64,000 nt of DNA, taken from NCBI RefSeq assembly GCF_009914755.1, contig NC_060932.1; one strand, written 5' to 3'. Below are positions 37,451-49,800 of the stretch, one piece after another. The DNA is from the human T2T-CHM13v2.0 reference genome, Homo sapiens. The stretch's first letter is position 1; the number at the start of each line of letters is the position of its first letter. Position numbers and translations under genes: made by a program. The notes under the pieces are model-generated. The model was not told where the DNA came from and searched no databases. It was given only the letters and a program-made list of their open reading frames with translations.

Positions 37451-40400
37451 CTAACTACTTTACAGCCACTTCCATTGATTTTCTTTAACAAATAAACATA
37501 ATACCCGTTACAGCAACACTTCCTCTTGCCGCCACAGCTAGAATGCCATAAGCTGTAATGGCTGCATTTCTCCGGACAGCAGTTTTCACATCTCCAAATA
37601 AATCGTTTTCCTTCACTTCAGGTTTGGAGAGTCTAGTCCTCGCCCCTCTCTATAATTTGGGAATCACCTTTAAGAATAGGTAGAAGACAAGTCCAGACAC
37701 TAGTTTGTAAATCTGGTAGGGCTCACTCTTGTTTGCATATTAATTTTGCTTATAAGAAGTAACTCAATTTGGAAGGGAACCGCCGGCAAAGAAATCGACT
37801 CCTTTACATCTGCAGGGAAATCAACACTAGTTCGGCAGGCACACCTAAGCAACTGCCCTCGAGTTGTCTCTTAAAATATTCCTTTAAAAATAAAGTATTT
37901 ATTTTAAAATAGCCCCCCTTCAAACACCCGTTTCTGCTGAGGTTCTTCCATACATGTCAAAGGGTTGTTGAATTATTCATTATTGTAATTACTATCATCA
38001 TTGTCATTATCCCTTTCCATGTGGAAATAATTTTATTATCGTAATTTGATATCTGAAGAATTTCCTGTTAGTCGTTTGATAATCATTTTTTTCTGCTGAA
38101 AAGAAAAGTTTTGTTTATAAATGAGATAGAGAAAATGTTTTAAATGCTTTGATGTTTGCTATAGATTTCCGTTTATCTAATCGATCGGAATGCCAATAAA
38201 ATCGATTAAAGGTTTAGTGTTTTACAAACAACCATTTTGTGCTTTTTGATTTTACGTTCAGAATGATTTTAATAAAGCTAATGCTTTCCTTTAACATTCT
38301 CCCCCCCCAAAGAAAACCTAAATCTTCATCGTTTTTCCTTTTATTATTAGAAATTGCCACTTACATTTCTCCTAATAGGAAAATAAACAAAAAATATAAG
38401 CAATGGCTGAAATGGTTTAAATTTCATTCTCTTATTGCTCAAGGTATTTAAATAAAGCCCTTTAAAATCTTGGTGAATTATATGCCATCATTCAGTGATT
38501 GCGGAATATTAAATTAAACTTAGATAAATCCGCATTGAAGGAGGCAGCACCCAATCCTGAATTTATTTCCCATTTTCTCTAACAGCATCACTGCGCTCCT
38601 CTTTGCAATGACAATGTGCCAAATCTGGGCATTTTGAAAACATTTTCCATATGCTTTAACAGGGGACTGATAGACAAAGAAGAAAAGGAGATGATCTTTT
38701 TGCTCTGAGGTATATTTTCTTTAACCTTTTTCTCTTAGACTTTAACTGATAATCATTTTAAAGCAAAAGTTTGAAAATCATTTAATGCATTTTTTTTCTT
38801 TCACCTTCTTTTTCTATCTTGTCATTTATTTCTGAATTGGTGTTTTGGTTATAATTTAATGTAAAGCTACCATTCCTGTATCTTGGCAAACCACATTTTC
38901 TTTCAAAATCTTTGATTCATTTAGTTTCTGCTAGTTGTCTTTTGTAATTAAAGATAGAAACAATTATACATTTTGTAACTTAGATTGGATGGGCTGTTTT
39001 GTTTGCTGTAGGATTTAAGAGTGCTCTTGTGTCTAATATTTAGGGACATTGCATATAGTGGTGGTGGCTTTTCTTCAGCTGTAAATATCTGCACATTTGT
39101 CTTAGAGATGTGGGTGTTTGGATGAATGCAATGTCGTTTTAAAATAATTTTATTTGGTGGCCGGAGTTTAGTATATTGTCTATACAGCATTTCATTGACT
39201 AGATATAGATGCTTTTAGGTCTAAAATATCACTTTATCTTCTGCTCAATGAAATTAGTTATTCTGTCTGTGTGTGTGTGTCTGTCTGTATCTTCTCTCTC
39301 TCTATTTGTCTATCCTTTCCCATTTGGATCATATCTTGGAGCTCTTCCCCAGACAGAATGTAACATTTTCTTTGGATACTCTTGCTGGAAATATCTCCAT
39401 ATATATTTGAGGAGGGTGTGATTGTGATCTTGGTTTTTGGTGGTGTGAACATGTATGTGTGTTGGGGGGAGGAAGGTGATAAGGGGTCCTCATTAATTTG
39501 TACAAGTGCTGTGGAAGTGCTTATGAAGTTAGTGTACTGCTATTGTTTGGGGAGAGTCCTGTCTGATTTGTTTATAAACACTGGGCTGGTTGCCTAGAGG
39601 AAAAAGAGGTCACAGCACTGTCTGAGCTCTGACCTCTGAAAGGCCAGAGGGCATCTGACTTTTCTCTTTCTTCTCCCTTTCCCTCCTCTCCTCCCTTAAT
39701 TCTTCCTTCCTCAAACCCTCTAGCCCCTCCTTCTTTCCCCCTTCCTTTCTTTACCTGTGTCTAACTCTACATAATGACTCCCCTGCCCCCTAAAAGGTCA
39801 GAATCCCCAAGGAAAAAAAGAAAAAAGCTAAAACATTTACTCCAAAGTAGAAGCCAAAAATGGACTTTAGTCCAGGAATAGAGAAATACACATGGATATA
39901 GAGGTGCAGAGACAGAGACCCAGGAACAAAAGGGGGACATTTCTATGCTTTTTAAGAAAAAGAAGAAGACCATAAAGGAGATGCGAGTGTAGCTGGAGGA
40001 GGGGAGGGATTCAGGGAGGAATTTAACTGCCCACAAATACTACACACGTATATACACACTCAAAATGCCTTTCCCTTTTGAATTTTATTTCCTCTAGCTC
40101 ACTCCCTCCATCAAAGAGAGTGTCCATTCTCAATGTTAGGTCATATTTTAAATCCCCCTTTTTTGTTAGTTCTTTAAAAATATATACCTTGTTCTGTATA
40201 GAAATCTTTGGCTCCCTCATCACACACACAGCCACACACACCCCACTATTTCTTGAATTATTTCACTGTAAATATAATGTGTTTATGACACCTTCCCAAA
40301 CAAGCCCTGCACCTTTCCATTCATTGTCAACTTCACATCTCTCCCCTACATAAATACCCCCCCAACCCTGTCACTTACCTCGCCCCCCTACACACACAGT

Positions 40401-41089
40401 GACAAATATTGGTATCAGGCTTAAGTGTGTTTTGGAAAGGGGTTGCTAACTTAAACAAAAATGTTAGTTAACACACTGCCTTTGTTAAATAGCCCCCGGG
40501 TGGAGAAGACCCAACAAAAAGAGAAAAGGAGGAGGGGGGCTGAGGATCTTTAAGTGTCTGTGGTGATATAAAGAGTTCCTAACGCTGACATCTTGTAATA
40601 CCTCGTTTCAAACTGAGCTCATCTATAGACCCCGGAAGCGCGGTCAAAAGACTGGAAACCTTTTTCCCCTTGGGCTGGAGTTGTTCTTGAGCTGGAGGGA
40701 CATTGGGGAGAGGGAGGTGGGGTATTTATTAGTGAATTGGTGAGGACAGGGTGGGAGAAAGAACAAACAGCTGAAAACTCATTAGACCGATTGTGAAGAG
40801 TGTCCTCGGAGTGGATTTGGGAAATAAAATACGCCGAAGAAAAAGTCTAGAAGTGGAAATTACCTTTTGTCTCAATGTTAATTACTCCTTGCCTCCAACA
40901 CTCAACACCTAACCACCTGGTAGTCCTTTTTGGTTCTCCCCTAACTCGGTGCTCAATGTCAGGGTCCGAGTGCTCTGCAGTGGATGTGGCTGGGCTGGGG
41001 TTGCCCTGTAAAGTGTTGAAGAGGATCTAGGGAAAGTTCTCGGAGCGGCAGGGAAACCTCTACTCCTTTCACTTTGAAATAAAAAGTGG

Positions 41090-41455
41090 CCCAACGTTCC
41101 GTGAGGGCGGCGGCGGGTTCGCGCAGAGTTTAGGGACAGTGGAATGGGGGTGGGGCAGGGAGTGGGAGTCAGGGTCAAAGGCGTCCGCGGAGACCCGAGA
41201 GGAGCAGCTGGGTTTCCTGGCGCTGGGAGCCCAGAAGTAGGGCGCAAGCGGCCGCGGCACAGCGGAGCAGCCAGGTCCAGCCGCTCGGATCGCGCTCGCG
41301 CCCCATAGCGGCCCGCGGGCTGGGCTCGGGCTCGCCCGCCTCCCCGCTCCCCTGCCAGCGGCGCCGCGCTCCGCGCCCCGGGGCCCACCCCACGCAGTCC
41401 CGCCGCCGCTTCAGCCCAACAGCCCTCCTCACGCTGGCGCGCTCCGAGGCCAAGC
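41090..41455. promoter_or_regulatory. CpG island
   Basis: Very dense CpG, includes GCGGCCGC. Confidence 0.85.
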
Positions 41456-41719
41456 CCTGGAGGAAACTCTTGACTCTGCGCTAGAACCTCTCTGCCCCTT
41501 CCCTCAGCCCATTAACCCCCGACCCTCACCTCCAGCCTCTCTTCTTAGGGAAAAGGTGAAAGAAAACGAGAAAGAGATGGTAAACAACAACAACAACAAC
41601 AACACACACTCGTTAGGAGAATTCTCGCCAGCAAAAGAGGGGGTTGATAAAGTGGGCACCCCTTACAAATCCTCTTTTGTTTCCTTACTTAGAAATCAAT
41701 AACCGCCCCCCACAACCAG

Positions 41720-41720
41720 A

Positions 41721-41778
<58 letters not shown>
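41720..41778. repeat. (CA)n microsatellite; (AAC)n nearby at ~41582-41603
   Basis: Direct reading. Confidence 0.95.
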
Positions 41779-41780
<2 letters not shown>

Positions 41781-43204
41781 TACACACAGTTGTATTTTCC
41801 AAGAAAAGACGGGGGGAGGTGTAGAGGAGAAATAGCCACCAATTTTTTTTTAATGGTTTTCTTGATTTGACGTTTGCTGTTTTGACATTAATGACATTAA
41901 TGTTATTGATGTTTCAGGGAGGAAAAGGCAAAAGAAATAAAGAACTTGAAAACGAAATGATCATCATTTCCCTATTCTTCCATGCCAGAAATAGACCTCT
42001 TTCTTCACCTGAGCCTGAAACAGACTTATTGTTCTCAGGTGTTTCCTTCATCATATGCATTTACCCGTCTGAAGTCGCAGGAAATGGTTTTTCCATCAGT
42101 GAGCTTGTACATGGAGCCCTCTCCCGCAAAGGGCTTGATCTTTTCTGATTTGAACCTGAAAGTTTCCCTGCCTTCATTTCCCCTCAGTCTTTTTAAAATC
42201 TCCCACTCCCCTTCCCCATGCACACACCTCAAGTACTTTTTTTAAAGCCAGAAATTTTGCTCTCTGGGGTGTTTTTCAGTAAACAGTAACGCTACATAAA
42301 CACCTTTTTCACTTACAAGTTGCAGAGAATTTAAATGTTACCCCTGTGTGCACGTATGTTTCTTAAGGCATATGGATAAGCCCCACTGAGGTGCAATCAG
42401 ATACTGCTAGCAAATTGGTGATACAATTGCTGTGTAAAGGTGGGGCTGTAAACAAAGTAACTTTAAAATGTTAGAAAGCTTTCCACTTTCAACAAATTTC
42501 TTCCCAAAGAAGTTTAAAATCGAATAAAGTCTTTGGAGAGACAGATGATTTTCTTTCTGTTAACATTTAGTAGCCTTGGTTTCTAAAACACTAGTACCTG
42601 CCCTGACTCTGGATCCCTAAGGTGGTGATTTGCTTTTTTCTCTTAATAAAGACCATATCTAGGGTTTTTTTTCTCCACTCCATGCCTCTGGACTTTCATT
42701 GTAACTTTAGCCAGCTGCTGAAGGCAACCAGCTTTCCTGATCTGGGCCTAGGTCTGCTTTTTTGAGGACTGTGCTTTTATCCTCCCAGGTGTTTTGTTTG
42801 GTTTTTAATCCATTTGCATCAGTCCTAGGATTTTCCAAACGTTCCCTGATAATGCAAGGTTTTTGGCCTGGAAAGATGCATTTTTGCAGTCTCTGTTGTT
42901 CCAAATACTTGTGCGATAAATCTTTCTGTTGGTATTTGGTAGATTTGGTGCTTAAGGCCTAAGACAAGGTTTTGAAGCAGATCCTGGCGATCCAGAACTT
43001 CAAAGGCCTGTCAACTCAAAGGCAGCTGACACATCACCTGTCCAGGAAACTGGACATTGCAAGTATTTCCTGTTTTTAGTTCATTTGATTTGTTATTCTT
43101 ACTTTCTCTTTAGAATTCCTATTTTTGAAATATTACATAGATGGTGTCTACCTGTGACCTGTAGTATAGTAGTGCGAAGTGCATCAAGATGCTGAGTAGC
43201 AATG

Positions 43205-43209
<5 letters not shown>

Positions 43210-43234
<25 letters not shown>
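43210..43234. repeat. (TA)n microsatellite
   Basis: Direct reading. Confidence 0.9.
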
Positions 43235-43237
<3 letters not shown>

Positions 43238-44089
43238 TCCATATATATATTCCAAATTCAGTAGGGGGTATTTAAAAGTATGTCTATTCCTAGTTTTAGT
43301 TAATTATCTTTTAATGAAAGTGTCACTCATATTCACATCTGTAATATTGGAAAGAGATAATTAGATTTTCAAATGAGAATCAGCCACCTTAAATTTTGCA
43401 CCAGAAAATACCAAGTATATTTCATTCTAATGAGATCTGTAGTGGGGTTTTAAAATTCATCATAATGTGCTTCAAGAAAGATAACTCAACAGACTCAAAA
43501 GATGAAAGGTTTTTCTTTTCTAAGTCTTCTTAAAGTTATTACATTGAACTTATGCAATTCTGATAAAATATTCAAGAATATTACATAAAGGCTAGAACTG
43601 TACCCCACCCCCCCATCATTCTTGCAACCGTCACTTATTCTCATTTGGAAGTTTTCTTTGACTAACCGCTTCCATCTCCCATACCCTGGGTTTTCTCTCC
43701 TGCGTATACAAGTGAAGGATACGTGTTTAAATAGAGTGCCTAAGGATCCAGAGTGCAATTCCTCCTTTGAAATAGGCTGGGCTGAGCGGTGTTTGCACAC
43801 AGCCAGGCACCCTTTATTTACATATATCTGCATATTTGCTCAGGCCCCCGCATTTCGCCATTAAAGTGCATTCATGTGCACAGCAGAATAAACTAGGCAG
43901 AGAAAAGCTCTTCATTACCCTAACTCATATTTCTGCTTAAAGCTCCCTAGTAAACAAATCTCTGGTCCGATAATAATTACTTTGCCTCATTAAAATAAAA
44001 AAAAAATCTCGAATGGTTAAAGGGCCATGCTTTGGCGGTATCTATGTTTTATTTCTTTCCCCTTCTTGCTCTGTGTGTGTCTGTGTTTG

Positions 44090-44390
44090 TGTGTAAGAGC
44101 GCGTGTGTGTCTAATGAAGTTTGGGAGTCGCGCGCAGGGGCGCGTAGGGTGCGAGCCCCGGAGGTCCCCATCCCCTGTCCTCTCCGCGGTCGCCGCATCC
44201 GGGGCTCCAGCCGCAGCGCTGGGAGCTTTGGAAGCCGTGAGGCTCCGGAGCTGCTCTGAGTCCGGGCTGCGCGTCATTTGCAGTCTGGGGAATGTTGATC
44301 ACCTCACTAATTACACCTCTCTCTCCCCCCTCTCCCTCTCCCTCTCCCTCGCTCTCCTCTCTCATTCCCAGAGTGCATATCGGGAATAGA
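44090..44390 (+). promoter_or_regulatory. CpG-rich, TATA-less promoter with a CT-rich tract just upstream of the putative TSS
   Basis: CpG cluster 44100-44280; polypyrimidine tract 44315-44365; TAATTA at ~44308. Confidence 0.65.
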
Positions 44391-44765
44391 CACACAAAGA
44401 CATGCGCACTCAACTTAATCAGCCATTTTTTTAAACAGGGCTAAAACGATAATAATTAGCAGAATAAAGACATATCGGATTTTCATTTCCTTTCCTCCTT
44501 TTCCCAACCCCTTCACAACCAAACAGCGAGACCGCGGTCGGCACATGCTTTAACTCCTCCCGGACCCCCGAGGACCGCTCCATGCCCCCCACTTTCTGCT
44601 CCAGCGTTTTTATTTTCACCCAATAAAGTTCGAGGATTATTTTTTATTTTTTTTGTTTTTTTAATGAACCCTCTCGTTTTACTTGGATGTGATCAGCTGT
44701 AAGTAAAATAAAAGCAAAACAAAAAAGAGGCGAAGATCGAGTAGGAACTGCAGGGGAAATGGAAA
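44390..44765 (+). other. ZFHX4: Non-coding first exon (5' UTR) of a developmental transcription-factor gene, probably ZFHX4
   Basis: Lies between CpG islands and ends at donor GGAAA|GTAAG (44765/44766). The spacing of islands and the >19-kb intron with no coding exon fit my recollection of ZFHX4. Gene name and exon start are from recall, not verified. Confidence 0.55.
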
Positions 44766-45149
44766 GTAAGTTTTTTCTTTAACTTTTATTGAGTAGTTTC
44801 TGTTAAATTTAGGTCGAGTATCGATTATCTTTCCAGCCTGATCTTGCACAATCTTTGATATTTCGCTCCCTCTCTCTCCCTCTCCGCCTCTCTTCCTCTC
44901 TACCCCTACCTCGCTCGCTCCTGCTCGCTGTCGCACACATCCCCTCATCCCGACCATCTCTTCCGCTCTGCCCCCCTTTTCTATCTCTTTCCCCTTTTTT
45001 TTGGCTCAAGGTTTTGCTCCGCTGAGGGAGGGAGGGGGCACTGAGGGACCTGATTTTCCACTTTCTTTAGGGGGGCTGCGTTTTTCCGGATTTAACTTTT
45101 GGATTAAGTGGCGGAGGATCATCTACGTTTGCTCGGGCAGTTTTCTCTC

Positions 45150-46340
45150 CTTTTCCCTGTCTTTTCGGGTTTTGCCTTCCCCGCGAGCCCCGGGCATTCT
45201 AGTGGCTGGGGGAAGCTGTCAGCTCCGCAACGGCGCGGGCACTGCCAGGGGTCTCCGCTCGCCCCGCGCCCCTGCACCCCGATCGGGATGACTGGTCCTC
45301 CGCACTCATCCTCTGAAAGTTTGGACGTTGGTCGGTGGGGCTGGGAGCCCCTCTCTCCCTGCTCTTTCCCTGCTTTACCCTCCACCCCCCACCCCACCTT
45401 ATTCAGCCTCGTTTTTCTTCCTCCTTTTACCACCCGCCCCTCTTCCCCTTCTCAAGTTCCCCGAAGGTCGCTTAGTGTGCGGGGCTGGCGGAGGCCCGGG
45501 GGTTCGTGAGCTCTGGGGAGGGGATTCCAAGAGGCTGGGGTGAACGCTGGGGCTGGGGCTGCAGGTAGACACCCGCCCACCGGAGCGGGCGCGGCAGGCA
45601 CTACCGAGGGCTGCTCTCGGCGGCGCGGGCGCGGGCGCCGCGGAGGAAAGGCAGGTCCGTTAGGAGGCGGGATCGCCCGGCCTCTGGGCCAGGGACCCGC
45701 GAGGCGGCGGCTGCTTGCTCCGAACGGAACGCCGCCGGGTGTGCGTTAGACCAGCGGATAGACGCCCGCGGCTTGGGGTCAAGAATCTTTTCCTTTTTAG
45801 CAAAGGGCAAGGGGTGTGTGCGTGTGCGTGTGCGTGTGTGTGTGTGTATTGAGTGGCTGTGTTCGGCTGTGAGAACCGATTCATTCTTCGGCCCCCCTAA
45901 AAGGGTTCCATGCCTACAAATGAACTTCACCTCCTTCGTTTCTCCAAGCATCAAGTGCGCCTTCTGGCTGGGAGCAGCTAAGGGAAAAGGGACTGGAATG
46001 CGCCGGGTCTCTCCTTCCTTCTACTTCTATCCACCCCCAACCCCCTTCTCGCTCCTCTTTTCTATCAGAAAAAAATAATAAAATCTCTCATGGAATTGTA
46101 TAAAGTTTCTCTGCCGATGTCCAAGTTACAGAAGGTTCCCTATTCTAATCCCCTTCCCCTAGAAGACAGTGCACTGGTTTCTATTTCTTTTGTTACCTGT
46201 GATCCGGGCGGGGGGCTCCTTTCGGCCGCTCGGGCTGGGGTCCGGCCCAGAGAGGAGGCTTCTGCGGGCGCCTTTGGCCGCGACTTCTCACTTCCGCGCG
46301 GTTCTGGTGAGGTTTTAGCTACCGTTCGGTGAGACACCCT
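45150..46340. promoter_or_regulatory. Intronic CpG island; candidate antisense promoter (ZFHX4-AS1 by recall)
   Basis: Dense CpG at 45170-45780 and 46200-46330; antisense lncRNA identity is recall and its exons cannot be fixed from sequence. Confidence 0.6.
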
Positions 46341-46749
46341 CCTTGTAGGTACCAAAGGTTCAGATCGCAAACACGGACCCCCCCCACCTCGACCCCTACA
46401 CACACAGAGACACACTCACACTCAACACACACTCACAGACACACATTCTCCCTACTCTTCCCCCCACCTCCGGCCCCCACTTTGTCTTTCCCCTCCCCCC
46501 TTCCAAAAAAAGCACACACACACATACACACACACACAACAACATCCCCCCCCACACACACACCAAACAAAAACCCAAAGACAAGTTCACTGGCAGAAGA
46601 TGGTGGATTGACACTGACTCAGACAGAGGCAGGTTCACCAGGAAATCTGGCCGTCCTGATTTCTGACAGTTGCATTTCCTCTCCTTGAGTCTCCCCCCCA
46701 CCCTTTTTATTAACTCTGTTCCATGTTTAATCAAGGATCATGTAGATGG

Positions 46750-46846
46750 CAAAAAGAGAGACAGAGAGGAGAGAGGAAGAGAGAGAGGGGGGGAGAGAGG
46801 GAGAGAGAGAGAGAGAGGGAGAGAAGAGACAAGAGACAGAGGAGGG
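46750..46846. repeat. GA-rich polypurine tract
   Basis: ~95 bp of almost pure A/G. Confidence 0.9.
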
Positions 46847-49800
46847 TTTTTTTTTTTTTATTGTGTTCTCCTGGATTTTCAGTGGCTTGATCCCTATAAA
46901 CGTGGAGTGGTTAAAGCTCATATGTAGTATTATATTTTTAGTTGGGTGGATGGATGGAAGAGTGAGAGAGAGGCTGCGGCTGCCGCTGCCTTTTCGGGTG
47001 TTGCTTAGATTAAGGCTGAGACTTGGCTGCGATTGGGACGCGACAGTGACACGGGCATCGATCGCTTCCATTGAGAGCAATGCAAAAACACAGCCCGGGT
47101 ATGTAACACTCTCGGTGCCATCAACACTTGTTTTACTTTGTATTTACTGGCAAAACTGACAGAGCAAGCTCAGACTTTCTTTCTGTTTTGGTTTTTTTTT
47201 TTCTGTTTCTTTACTAACTGAAGACTAAAAACAATTGTGTATAGAAATTGCTGAAAAGGGTGGTTTAAATAAAACAGAAAGGAGATATTCGGAATTATTT
47301 CACTACCTCTGTGACTGACTGTGTTTTGGAGTTTTCCTTTTCCACTGAAGAGCATATTAAAGAGAATGAAGGTTTTCTTTTTTCCTTCCTCATCTTAAAA
47401 AAAAAAATCCTTAAGGGAATATTTGATAGTTTTCAAGGTTTGTGGTTTCAGTCAGCAGGAAGGCACACAAAAATAAAAGATGGCTAGCCAGCTGTTTTAA
47501 CCTCTTGCACCTGGCTTCAGTGTGGGGATCATAAGGTTTATACAGTTCTTTTTTTGAATGGTTTTAATATTTATGGCATAAACTGGGGAGAGCACCACTG
47601 TGTTTTTATTCAGTTGCTGGTTGATTTTGGATTTTTAAAAAAGTAAACTCATATTTAGGTGTTTTCATGTTTATGGCAATGAAGATAGGGTCAATGAAAT
47701 ATGGGGGAAATATCATAAATCTGAAAAGTGAAATGTACCCAAGGAACAAAGAAAGGTCAGGTAAACCAGCTGTGTAAGTCAAAGCAATAGCACCAACTGT
47801 GGGGTTAGACAGGGATAGTGGACTCTGGTTCTATGAAGTGAAAGTTGCCACTTAAAGTTAAAAATGAGGCAAACATGTTCAGTGCTTTTGTAATCTTTTG
47901 CAGTTTTTAGCAGATGAGCCCAAATCTGTTCATTAATTTTGAGCTAGTTGGATTATTTTAAAAGATTCTTCATGAGCAAAGGAAAACATAAAGGAGGCTG
48001 AGAAAATCACTGTTTAATATTGCAGAATTTACTGCTTCCATTCTGACCATGAGCCTAAATTTACACAATGAAATTTGATTATCTCTAATAACAATATTAG
48101 ATCCTGCACTGGATGGATGAGAATTGAGGTGGTTTTGTTGATTGCAAGGGTTTAATGTTGCATTTCAGAATCTGATGTGGTTTGGCCTCCCCTCCATTAA
48201 CTGGAAAACCCCTGAGGTTTTACAATTATTTCTTAAAGATAATACATTTAAGATTGCATTGGTAGGCTGAAGAAAAGTCATAAAGGCAAGAAGGGAAGCC
48301 CTTAATAACTCTTGAGATTCAGACATGTTCAGCAGTTAGATTGGCTCTGACTTCACCAAGGGTCGACAATGTGTCATTTCCACGAAGCCAAATTGCCCTC
48401 TGCCTATATGATATTAATGTGCAAATCAATATTTCAGGGATTAAATTTCCCTCCTTCATTTTTTATGGTTTCTACCTCAATAAGTCTCAAGTCTATTAGA
48501 AGAGGCTGGATGATTTAAAATCTTTCACTGCAGAATGGCTTGTCGTAGTCTTGTTTCATAGACCGTTTTAGGATTTTCGTTATAAAGACTAAAGACATCC
48601 TAAAGAAGTTGTGAGGCAGTGTAGACCCAGGCTCAATAGTGTAAAGCCCGTGTTCGATTAAGAACTAAAAGATATTGAAAATATAATATATACGTTTATG
48701 TAATATATATGTACATTCTGCTGCTTTAAAAATATTATGTTAATCACCTATTGATTTATTTCAAAATCAATTGAAGCTTCTTTCTTATTAGTGATTTGTT
48801 CAGCTTTCTTGAGGACTGTGTTAATTTTCTTAAAGAGTATGCATGAATTAGCTTGGTGTGAAAGTATTGGGGCAGAGGAGTTTTCAATTAGCAATATTTT
48901 CCTAAGAAATATTTTCAGCAACCATTGTTTAGGAGAGTAATAATCAAGAGGTGTCATTTGCATACATTGTTGTTATAGCTATCATTGCATTTTGTGGCTG
49001 AATGACTTAGCTGATCTATGTTAAATGAGGCCTTCTTCAATTCCTTTTACATTTTGTTTCTAGCACTTAGTAGGTGCAACGTTTCTTTTTATCCTCTTAG
49101 AGAAAGAAAATTATGAAACAAAATATGTGACTTGACTGGAAAGAATACAGAGCAGAAATTTGGAGAGAGGTCAAAATAAAAGATTGTGACTTTATCACAT
49201 AATCTTGGGAAGGCCTACTGTCTATCATTTGGTGGTGTTTTATGGTCTTAAACCCTCTGGACCAAGTTCCGCACAGCTGCACGAATTTCATATGTGATAG
49301 AACATTTTTTCCATTCAGTGTGAAATGTTCCTTCCTAAAAAACGTACACCAGACTCGCTTAATTTAGTCTGTTAAAAGAAATGCACATGAAAAAGGACAA
49401 AAGGCTCTTTAATCTCTGCAAGCTGTTTGTTTTTCTTCAAGATTCCTGTCTATTTGGGTTTGAAAAGTCATGTTTATTGAGGAGATGATTCTGAGGTGTG
49501 ACATTAAAATAATATATGATTTTTGGACTGGTGGCCACGCTTCTGCTTAATTTGCAGAACTACTTTTTATGCCTGTCAAAACACAGCGTTAATCTATCCT
49601 TATTTACAATTAATCTCAATAAAATTAATCTTAACTATGCTTTATTCAGTGGCTTAAAATATCTAATTATATTCAATTAACTGCTGTCATAGTAATTAAT
49701 ATTGCTTAATTGACTCTGCATATATTTATGTAAAGCTCATTAGGTGCTGCTGACTCCTTTTCCCTTTCCTACTTGCTATTTTTGCTGTTGTCAAACCATG

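Noticed and set aside
40909-47159. Many overlapping ORFs in CpG islands
   Set aside because: Stop-codon scarcity in GC-rich and microsatellite DNA; low-complexity products.
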